A stretch of 63,964 nucleotides of DNA, counting the filler, from Syncephalis fuscata S228 (taxonomy: Eukaryota; Fungi; Zoopagomycota): assembly GCA_025786725.1 (NCBI GenBank). It is 5 parts of 5 records of this genome, joined end to end, with 100 filler letters (N's around TTAATTAATTAA, not from the genome) between each part and the next. Parts side by side here need not be neighbours in the genome. Positions count along the whole stretch, not along the records: positions 50,417 to 59,692 come from JAHLTZ010000314.1; positions 59,793 to 63,964 come from JAHLTZ010000345.1; 3 more parts are not named here. One strand, given 5' to 3'. This document shows positions 53,195-63,964 of this stretch, piece by piece; position 1 is the first letter of the stretch; each line of letters starts with the position of its first letter. The position numbers and the translations under genes were made by a program. The notes beneath the pieces are model-generated. The model worked only from the letters and a program-made list of their open reading frames with translations. It did no database searches and was not told where the DNA came from.

Positions 53195-54989
53195 TCGATG
53201 ATTTCAAGAAACTAGCATTGGTAGCGCAATTGAACTACTAGTCCAATACTCTTTGGGTATATATTCGGTGAAAAGCAAGACTATTTGACAACTACACCGT
53301 TCAGTCTATTTATATATCAAGTTTTGGCCAATGCTTCAGTTTATGCACCTCCAACCAATAAAATCACTATTTTACCAACAAGCTTGCATCTAGTTGTTTC
53401 TATTCAGTTGCACAAACATGTAATAAGCTTATGGTTCCATCATTGCTATATACAATCAAATTGTTATATCTATAAGCATGGTATATTTGCATCCAATAAT
53501 TAACTATTAACCAAACAGTTAAAATAACAAGAGATGTACAATTATGCTGTATTAGCTATAAGCATAGGATGGTGAATATTTTAGATATATATATTGGCAA
53601 TAAAATTGCCTGTGTTTATTTGTAGATATACCATGAATAGCAACAAATCTATCACTATCATATGGTGAAATGATATTGTGCTGGTATTGATATAAGGATA
53701 GTTGTTGATTGTTAACAACCTGGCACTAAATTGTAACGACTAGCAACTTAATGACTATTGTCTTGCATACGCTTACTTCTATCATCTAAGTGCTAGTGGC
53801 TACTAATTAATTGCTTACATTAATATAACATGAACCTAATGCTATTACAAAATAGACAATAAATAATTCTCCTGTTTAATTATCAATTATTACAGTTAAG
53901 ATTTTAACAACTAAATAGCACCTGTAGCTAAGGCAGAGAATGAATATATAACCAAATATATAGATATATTTATTGTAATCCAATAAAGCTAGTATCTTAT
54001 AGTAAATACTATTGTTAATGGAACTTGAGGCTTGTTCCTATGGTTGCTCATATGTCAGTAAATAACAATTATTTACTAGCTATGTCCTTGGATAGCTGTT
54101 TTTTATGATTGTTAGTGCTAGTGTTTAGTATACTCTTATTGTGACTATTTACATGTTATTTTGGCATGTTGTTTGATTCCATGGTGGATGTCATGGATCA
54201 ATCGCTAGTAGACAATTACGTACTTATAATATTGTAATTTTGTATTATAACAACATTCAGTCATTTTTATTGTTGATTAAGGCCAACCTTGCCTACAGTT
54301 GTCGATGCTGTTAATAACGGCTAGCTAGCAGCAAACAGTGACCTATACTTTAATTGCTTACAATAGTGTACATGTTCATTTGAGTGTATAACAATTGATG
54401 TATCAGTAGGCTGACATAAACATGTGTTTATTGTTGCTAGCAGTACTAATATCAGCACCATACTAATTAGCAAAGCAAGTAATATACTGAACAACAAACT
54501 GCACCGCTGTTGACAGCTAGTTAGTTGTATTCATATACTACAACCATTGTATATATCGTTTTATTGATATATGGTATCGTAAGCACCGCGATATTACATT
54601 GTTTTTATCTTGCTACTGTATCTACCTTGATTATAGTTGTTAAACAACGGCCACTTTCTTATAAATGTTTTCATTTATCATCAGTCTAAATAGATTATTC
54701 ACTTTATTGTAATAGCACTAAAACTAAAGCTGTTGGTAACTGTAGAACAGTATTCAGTTACTTGAATCATACTACAGTATTAACATGTTACAATTAGCTA
54801 TATTTGCTATAAATACAGCTGCGTCATTCGTGTAAATAATAGCATTGATGGTTTATTCAGTTATTTCATTTGTGCCAAGTATAATGCATTAATATCAAAC
54901 AACTTGTTTGCAATTTAATACAATTGAGTTCATATGACTACACTCGATAGCACTCTAACGGTTCAACTACGTATTTGTATGTACGAAAT

Positions 54990-56735
54990 AAAAGCGAATG
55001 GTGAGCGACATTAGTCATCGAAATACGCATTATTATAGATTTAGTATCTCGTATGTATATACCATTCATTCATCTATATCATTACTATTCTGTATTTATT
55101 ACATTGTATATTGATTGATCATGTAATAAACACAGCCTATTTACAACTGATATTTGTTATCACTAGTTTTATTTGCTATAGTTTCAACTCACTGTACCTA
55201 CTCAATTGTCTATGTATAGCTTCACGGCTATTTTATTGATTTATTCAGTTTTAGACTATTCTATACTCTACCCATCATGCCTTATTAGTAAAATTCGTTT
55301 ATTTGCTACTAATTATATTGTCTGTAGGCTTTGATTTGGCTTACTCAGACATATACACACATGCACATGCTATACTTTTGTTGCTGATAGTTCCATAGGC
55401 TGTAGAGCCTGTAATCGCTAACAACAATGGCCAAGTAGCATTATCTGTTTAAATATACTACAGTCTACAAATCCAAACGTGCTAGAACTTGTACTATTGC
55501 TACGTTTGAAAACGTCAGTGTTCAGAAAGAAATACTGATGAACAAAACTACTTAAGCGGTGAAATAAAGCAAAAAAATAAACAGCAAAGAGGTAACAGTG
55601 CATGTAGCCAGCACAGCTGTAAATGATGGCAGCGATATTTATATGCTGCCAAAGTTACTGTATGCTTTGGTTGCCATAGATTGCCACTGCGGATCGTGCT
55701 GACAACAGCCTGTACCGTCTCAACAGTAATAGGTCGCACTACCATTGTTGAGGTAGCAAAGCTATTGCCAAATGGCTTGCAATTGCATTCAATAGCAAAA
55801 ACAAAGTATACACTTAACATAGCATACAAATAAGCCATAAATGTACTTACTGTGTTAATAAAGCTGCCAGCACCAATGATTGGAATAAAGAAGGTAATTA
55901 GCAAATAAGGCAAGATTGAAAAGAGCAATACAAGAGAGTAGTGTAAATATTGTTTGCATTTAACTAGTAGTCAACTACTGCCACTATCTAGATGGCATGT
56001 ATGCAATGTGCAAGCATATGCAATGTATATATACTGTCAAGTACAAAGCAAGGAAAAGGGAAATGTAGTGACGTAGATTGTATGTTATATTGTTAATATG
56101 AATAAACTAAAACAATGATGTCACTTGACACTAAAACTACTTATTATCATAGAACGAGTTGTCAGCATAATAGTTAGTATATTAAAAAGTCATATGACAT
56201 CAAAAACACGCATTAATCTAGAACATGTTTATCAACAAGATAATAAATATAATTTAAAAGTCATTTAACACTTAATACCATTTCCTGTTCATAATATTAT
56301 GCCAATATACTTATAATATCGGGATCGTAGCAACATACTTGTATTATTTGTTTTATATTATTTGTTTTGCCCATTGAGGTATATTGATCAGTCAAAGCCT
56401 GTTGATAATAAAGCTAGTAGCAAAAACAGCGATTTTGAATAGTGCATTGCCATTATATAATAGAATTATATTGAATAGAATAAATATACAATAGAAAAAC
56501 ATAAAAAATAATGTTAAAGCTATAAGGCATATAATATGATGAGAGGACTGAATAAAGTATATTAAAATATATAATAAACGAAATGTAGCTAATATGGAAT
56601 AAAATGGCAATGATATAAGTGAATAGAAAACATATGCAAACTGGATAATGACTCTATAATGATGAGTATTTTAAACTTTAATGTCATTATCACTCGTCAT
56701 CATGCTCAATAGATTAAATGTTATTAAATGTTTAA
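54990..56735. mobile_element. Composite foldback-like element: inverted module-A arms around the shared core
   Basis: Left arm ATGGTGAGCGACATTAGTCATC (minus orientation); core 55780-56085 homologous to 25540-25850 and 58650-58950; ~70-bp tandem units 56120-56275; right arm ends CATCATGCTCAATAGATTAAATG. Confidence 0.6.
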
Positions 56736-57899
56736 GGGGCGGCAGGCAAATGCTGCAAATGCGCGTTTAGGTCCTACGTACCGTTGTCTTAAGCTAATAA
56801 ATTCGAATCCGAATGTTATTAAATGTTTAATTTAATTTGCGAATCAAATAACTACATTTAATAAAACATATAACGTGCGCAATTATTCGTATAGCAAAAA
56901 AGAATATATTAAATAGTAGATATTAACGTTTTGATTGTTTTTAAAGCTGTTATTGCCAAGACATTGTATGAAGAACCCCGTGCATCAAGCGGATAATTGT
57001 ATAGGGCCGCTTTTCAATCCACTGACATCTGCTACTCAATTGTACTACCAATCTGCCACTATAAATAATCATTCAACTTGAATATCCACAACTAAGGCCG
57101 TAGCCATTTATTTTCATGCTATCCGGTATTTTTAGAACAGTATAAAATGTATTTACCATGACACCAGTTCACACTAATAGTTGTTTATATTTACTAAAAA
57201 CAGTCAACGCTAGCAAAGAAAATCTTTTCTGCATGACACTGTGACCAAATTGGGCTGTTTAGCATGCTCATCCCAAACCATCGAAGCATCCGTGTGTTGA
57301 AAAGCAGAATCTAAAACAAAATAAAGCAAGTAGCTAGATAGGTTGGATAAAACACAATGTTTGAAGTTAGTGTAAAGCCCCAGATTGATTGTGTGTAGTA
57401 AGTTAATTAATTTATTAAATGGATAAGTATTTGGTTCAATGTACATAATAATACTAAGATAGAAAAGAAAGAACATGAAATTAATTACTAGGTGCTCAAG
57501 TCTGACTTTAGATAAGTGTTTATGGAATTAAAAGATATTGTTAATAGATTCGGTTGAGTAGTTTGGCCGGTTAGTATATAACTTGTTTGGTAATTGATGT
57601 AGCCACATTAAGTGTGATCACTTGCTTGCATTTATATACATATTTTACACTTGCATAACACTTTGGTCGATCAGCCACGGTTGTTGCTTATAAGCTGGAT
57701 AAGTAGCAATATACATCATGACTCATTAAAGTAATTTTTATTTATACAAGTTAGCAGGTCATTGATTTGCCTTTCTGAGCATGTTGATGTGCCACACCTT
57801 TACGTTAATTGACTCAAAAGCATTATGCAACGATAATCTTTGGATAGTAATCCATTTAGAATACTTATTAATGCTGTCATTGTTCTATGGCTATATTTA

Positions 57900-59210
57900 G
57901 TTTTGATGTCAAATGATACTTTGTTACGCTCCATACAACTATGCTCACACACTTGTTATGTTCAACGTGAAACTGTGTGGTGGGTTTTATTAATAATCAA
58001 ATGACTACAATTAATAACATTCGCGTAATTAAACTAAATATTCTTTTTATTGAGGATGGAACTGGACGGTGAGTAACATCAATTATCAAAATATGATGCT
58101 TTAAATACTTTACAGTAACAATAATGATATGGATTATTATTAACTATACTATAATAACAGTAAAACGTAATAGTTATCGATTTAATACTACTATCGCTTA
58201 TTATGCTGTCATTATACATATGGATTAGCATATAGCCTGATGCAGCCACAGCTGTTTTAGGTGATTATAACTTTAGTGCTGTAAACAGTCTATATGCCGC
58301 TAAGGCTGTTGTGTACTTTAGTTTGCCATAGATCACCAATACAGTCGTTGTGTTAATTGCAGTATATATACAAAAGTAGTTATAGTAGTAGATTGCACTG
58401 CTGTGCTAGCGCTAAAAACTTGTTTAGTGATTATATTGGCAGTGCAATCTACTACTATGTTGATGTATATGTATAGCAGTTGTACATTATGCCTGTTATG
58501 GTTATATGTCGCTAAAATTACTGTGCTTGTTAGTTTGCTATAGATTGTCACTGCAGATCGTACTAGCAGCAGTTTGTACAGTTTCAATAGTAACAGATCG
58601 CACTGCTATTGTTGAGATTGCAAAGCTATTGCCAGACAACTTGCAGTAGTAATCTATAATAAAACAAACCATACAACGAGATTACGCAGCATATATCTTA
58701 CATAACATAAAAATAAGCCAGAAATGTACCTACCGTGTCAATAAAGCTGCCAATGCCAATGATTAGAGTAATGAAGGTAATTACAAATAGCAATGCAAGG
58801 ACATAGTGTAGGAGGTATTTGTACATAACTAGTAGTCAGTCAACTACTGACACTATCTAGTTAGCATGTATGGAGTGTACAAGTATATGCAATGGATATA
58901 TGCTATCAAGTGTAAAGAAAGAGAAAGGGGAATGCGATGACGTAGATTGTGAGCTGTGGAGCCTGTCAGTCAATATTTATAAACAGCCGAGTTTAATTGA
59001 TTAATAAATGGAGCGTGAAATAATAAAAGTCAATCCACCCAACATGTCGGTACATCATAGAACAACAAGTGAAGCAATAATGCATCAAGAATAAAGGTCA
59101 TTCGCACCCAAAAAACACTCATTATTATAGAACATGTTGTCAGTATAATAGCGAATGTAATAAAAGAATAAAAGTCATTTGACACCAAAATCATTATTAT
59201 AAGACATATC
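57900..59210. mobile_element. Non-autonomous modular repeat element, copy 2
   Basis: Collinear with 24890-26130. The GTCATTTGACAYCAAAA motif is inverted at the two ends (57901-57917, 59174-59190). Confidence 0.7.
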
Positions 59211-59369
59211 AATTCTCACCACATTAGAAAACAATGATTTATATACTAAATAAAAAACTATATATTTATTCAAATAAACAAACGAGTAATAAACAAACAA
59301 TATACTGCCATCTAAATATTTAAACGATTGGTATGATGATTTGTTTGTTTGTTAGCGATTGCTTACCTT

Positions 59370-59692
59370 TTATCTATAATACTTCTTGCCGAGACGGGCC
59401 TGACGATGTGGCTGCACCCGCTTCTTAAATACCGGTTGCTGTTGCACTTCTGCAACTGGTGCTGCTTCTTCCTCCAGCGGCGCCTTCACTTCTGTCGCTG
59501 GCACTACTTCTTCTGCCAGCGGAGCTTCTACCGCTACCGCTGGCTCAGATGGCATTTTTATTGCACCATCTACTACTTGAGCTGAACCTGCGCTTTCAAG
59601 CGGTACAGCGGTACCGACTTGTTCTTGTTCTTGCTCTTCATTAAACCAATCGTGGTTTAGTGCTTGATCGGCGGTATAACGCGTTCTACTAT
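59370..59692 (-). CDS. 3' end of a Ser/Thr protein kinase gene, cut by the linker
   Basis: The open frame from the gap reads SRTRYTADQALNHDWF (kinase subdomain XI pattern R-x-TA-x-QAL-x-H-x-WF), followed by an E/A/V/P-rich tail to GKKYYR*. Confidence 0.8.
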
Positions 59693-59792
59693 NNNNNNNN
59701 NNNNNNNNNNNNNNNNNNNNNNNNNNNNNNNNNNNNTTAATTAATTAANNNNNNNNNNNNNNNNNNNNNNNNNNNNNNNNNNNNNNNNNNNN
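59693..59792. other. Artificial contig linker
   Basis: N44-TTAATTAATTAA-N44. Confidence 0.97.
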
Positions 59793-60400
59793 ATTGTTCT
59801 ATAAATCATACCAAACGGTACATTCAAGCATGGAGAACTCGAATCTGGCTATCGTTTTGCTGTATTTTAATTATATAAGCCATGATTGCCTAAAAACTGA
59901 CATTTTTGTACATTTATTAGTATACTATTGCAATTACTACATCATCACACAATGCAATAATGGTATACTTTGCCTGTAGTTACATATGTACTATGTGCAT
60001 ACTTGTACAAATATCGAGTAATTTGCTTATTATACGTAAAGTTATACATCATAGCATCAACGCTTTACTAAATAAATTAAAATAACGTAAATCGCATTTT
60101 TGACCAACTTTTTTGCAAAATTTATTTTTCTATAACTATATCAAAATGTACATTCAAGCATGGAGAACTTGAATCTGGCTATCGTTTTGCTGTATATCAA
60201 GTATATAAGCCATGATTAACTAAAAACTGCATTTTTGTACATTTATTGACTTATTATGTAGTTACTGTATCATCACGCAATACAACAGCACTATACTTTA
60301 CCAGTAGCTATCTATATGCCATATAAATACTTGCACAAAATATCAAGTAATTTGCTTTATTTTACGTAAAGTCATACATAAACTTATGGCTGGTTTATTA
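59793..60400 (+). repeat. Tandem satellite, 330-bp period, ~1.8 units visible
   Basis: TACATTCAAGCATGGAGAACT at 59819 and 60149; the units align throughout. Confidence 0.9.
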
Positions 60401-62970
60401 ATTAAATCATTCCATTATTATTACTTAGACACCATTGAGTTTTACCACCTGACTACACTATAATCACTTTTAAATACTATTGCATACTGCAGAATATCAA
60501 TACAACAATTTACATTTAAATTTGTAAACCAGCATTGTGTCGATATTCAAGATACTATAAATAAATAAACATTGTTACTGCAGGCACAACTATCAGAAAT
60601 GGATATATTACATTTCTACAATAGATGTATGTATTAAAAATAACAAATAATCTATTTTTACAATGCTTATGGCTATTTGAATTAATGGTAAAGCTACACG
60701 CATTACAGCTTCAACATTGCTAATTGTACACTTTCCATTGTATATTACTTCATTTTATATAACTGTGTTTTGTAGTACCTACACGTTATTTAGAGCTGCT
60801 GTTTGATTGTATCTGGTTTATTACTGATGAGTTTTAATTTATTTTGTATATTAAGATATACAGACTGATAATGCAAACAATATGAGCTTGTAAGTTCATT
60901 GCTTTGTTACAGGTATTTATTAGGTTGTTGCCTATAGCTAATTATTGCTAGATTATTTAACACCAAATAGCTTGATATGGAACTGAAAACAGCTAACAAT
61001 AAAGGAAACATAAGTATCAGCATTGCAATGTTGTGCGAATGTGATGGTATAAAGGTATTTACAATATATACACTCATACAAAATAAGAATAACAATGTTT
61101 ACAACAATAGATATTTCGATGGCTGCTTTTATCCATCATACAATTCCATGTTTAATAGAACTAATATTAGTTTAAATATGTGAATACTGTTAAATCTAGT
61201 CGTTTGGCTTTCAAATCACAATATAATTAAATGATTTGATTATCTAACAATAGAATAAATAAATATTAACTAAATAATTGATATTATTTGCAATGTACTA
61301 TAGCGATATTAGAAAAATACAATAACAATTATAAATGCATTTAAATAAATAAAATATAAATTAAAGAAACTTGAATACTATTTACTAATAATAAAAAGTA
61401 GCTAGTTACATACCTGTTCTCTGCGTAATTAGAAAATAGGAACTAAAATATAATAGAAAATGTGCAAATTTGATTAGTATAGCTTATTGCAGAGTAACCA
61501 TGTATTGCGCTATAGCTCTTGAGCATAAGGACAAAGTGTACGTATATTTACCATGTGACGTAGACAGTGCTGGCTACTCTATTCGACCAGTTAAAAGCAA
61601 TAATAAATTGGCCAAAAACAATTTGCTTTAAAGATTTTATTAGATGGACTGCATTAGTATTCAACATATAAGCCATTGGTATTTACTGTAGCTACAAGCT
61701 TGAAACTGGTCCCATTTAGCTGCTTTGCGTGCCGCCTAAATGATCGGCATTGTTTGAAATAAAGCCATAGCTGATATTGCCAAATAAACAGATTTACTTG
61801 CTATGCTACATGTAAAGTTTAGCATAGATCATTTTTACGCTTAGTCGGTTAAGCCGTGTAATCTAGATTTAATCCATCAGCTTATCACGTTGTAAAGGGC
61901 TTACCAATATTAATGTTCAGACAATATAATGACAGCAATAAAGACTTTTTACAATAAGTGTACAAGAAAACACACAGTTTACTACATATTACACTAATAG
62001 TTACATGTACTGAAGATTCTATTGGAATGGTTGTAGCTGCTTATACGGAAGACTAAGAGCAATTGCGTAGTACATTGGTCATAGACGGTTTAGATGACCC
62101 ATGTTTATTACGACATTTTCCACAACTATCACAATAATAAGCTGGCTTTACCGCTCCTCCAAACCAACATGCACCTTTATCTTTCTCTACTCTTTACCAC
62201 ACGATATACGCTACACTCATTCGCCCTTACTGCCATTTGTTGTCCAATATGCTTTGCACTTGCTAGACGTCTAATGATTACAAGATCACTGCTGGTTGCT
62301 GCTATATGTACTAAGGTCGGTAAACGGGCGTGGGAGGTGCAATGCAGTTGTGCCTTTTGGCTATGAAGCACTGGATATGCAGTGTTCTAGAAGCTATATA
62401 TCACGCAGTGTGTACTCCAGCATGCTGTAGAAGGCGCTTGTCTGCACATAGTTGATTGGTCTTTTGTATAGTAACATTGGTACGCTTACCGTGTGTTTGT
62501 TTGCGAGGTTGCCTTGCTGAGTATCTGGCTGTTGAGGCGACATAAGGTTTGCCTTGAAGATATCTGATATCTGATGGGCAGAGCAAATTTGTTTGGACAA
62601 CACTACTTATTGCGGTGTAGTCAAGCAGCAAACATCATTGGCACATGTGGCTCATCTCGTTTACTGACCCTCTTCAATAGATATAGATTTAAGCGATATT
62701 TAGATTTGGCAAGAACAGGGCCACAATATGCTGTACAGTCATCCGGTTGTATAGTCTATCATTATTTATGTATTTCTTTGTTTAAATAAATGTAGCATTT
62801 CTTATTTATTAACATACTACTATTAGTTGCATTCATATAAATACAGACATCTTCCCATTTAATAATAGTACTAGTTGTTTCTGCTATTGTTATTACACTG
62901 ATAATAAACAACCTATTAAGCCATTGAATGTGCTTTGAAGGCAAACGATTAAATTGAATGTTATTAAATT

Positions 62971-63682
62971 TATTGAACATGATGGCGGATGGTGAGTGAC
63001 ATCAATCATCAAATACTCATCAGCATAGATTCGTTATCCAGTATGCATTTCACCTATATCATTTCCATTATATCCTACACTATCATATATCATTGTATGC
63101 TATACTAGACACATTCTATTGTTTATATGTTCCATTACACTTCACTCAACCCATTCATTACTATATATGCACCATAGCTTTGAATTATTTATCATACACT
63201 TTTACCGTATATTTATTTGATTCTATATCATTCTATACTCACCTACCATTCCTCTATCCAATGGTACTTTTATTTTTGTTTTAGCTTCATTATTAGTAAA
63301 TGTCGATTAATTCCGCTTATTGATCACGCATATATGTTCATTAAATTTAACACTACTAATCGTCGTTCAATGTTGTATGTTCATTATATTGTATATTACT
63401 TTATTATCAGTAAATATACGCGCTAGCTATTGTAGTTGTTCTTTTTGTTTTAGATTTATTATTAATAAATATCAGTTATTCACCTCATTCATTTAGCAAA
63501 CTATATGTAATTGAAAGCTATAATAATATAATGCATTCAGTATAGCATAGCATGATATATAATAGTACAAGCATACGTTTTTAGCGATATAGACAAATAG
63601 AGATATATGCATACTGGATAATGAATCTACATAATGAGTATTGATGATTGATGTCACTCACCACTGATCATCATGTTCAATA
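62971..63682. mobile_element. MITE/foldback-like element with ~77-bp inverted arms
   Basis: 62971-63048 is the reverse complement of 63607-63682 (TATTGAACATGATG...CATCATGTTCAATA). AT-rich non-coding interior. The right arm continues into a further tandem unit to ~63850. Confidence 0.8.
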
Positions 63683-63964
63683 TATTGAATGCTATTAAAT
63701 ATAGTCATTTGGCCATTCAATTGTAATACAGTTAATAATTTGATCCTTAATAAAATTTACCACTTGTCACCATGTTCAATAGATTAAATGTGCAGTTCAA
63801 CTACGCGGATACTAGTAAATGTAGTCACTTGACCTCAAATCAAATAGTTAAATTATCGCAGATAGAAAGACAGGAATAGGCCAGTTATTATCAAATAAAT
63901 GACTAGTAGACCGTTATATGGTACTGGTATTTTATACTAAACACTATTAGTTATTACAATGGCA

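Noticed and set aside
55548-55928. 126-aa hydrophobic ORF
   Set aside because: It lies in the repeat core and has a non-ATG start; the homologous copies at ~25.5 kb and ~58.6 kb do not keep the frame.
56736-56811. 76-nt insert as a tRNA gene
   Set aside because: No acceptor-stem complement or cloverleaf could be built, and the B-box-like motif sits at the very end.
58828-58862. Hairpin plus CTAG as a Helitron 3' end
   Set aside because: The stem is short and AT-rich, homology continues on both sides, and the 25.7-kb copy lacks the downstream CTAG.

Overview
Eukaryotic DNA with AT-rich intergenic regions and many short (~45-70 nt) GT-AG introns. Gene content (Mso1-type Sec1-binding motif, 7TM-RGS, RTA1-like, FloA-type flotillin, R3HCC1-like) points to an early-diverging fungus; this is an inference. 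The window is five contigs joined by artificial 100-nt linkers (N44-TTAATTAATTAA-N44 at 11485, 24463, 50317, 59693), so adjacency across them is not evidence of linkage. Several single-base frame breaks suggest indel-prone consensus. Genes in order: flotillin, an R3HCC1-like RRM gene (reconstructed by hand), GatB/PET112, a truncated frameshifted GST, prolyl oligopeptidase, LAT-type amino-acid permease, an unknown helical protein, Hst2/SIRT2 sirtuin, a low-complexity gene fragment, a small coiled-coil membrane protein, 7TM-RGS, a Zn-finger/Mso1-like protein, Sec16, ROK1/DDX52, an RTA1-like protein, a truncated secreted-protein gene, a 69-aa six-cysteine prepropeptide and a kinase 3' end. The most interesting signals are: (i) the secreted Cys-rich peptide in a gene-poor, repeat-rich contig; (ii) a modular foldback/MITE-like repeat family with a palindromic subterminal motif, a length-conserved hairpin and a promoter/splice-donor-like core; (iii) an exact ERSE-II/UPRE composite upstream of Sec16; (iv) a probable dual-targeted prolyl oligopeptidase. 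No tRNA, rRNA, CRISPR array or intact transposase was recognised.
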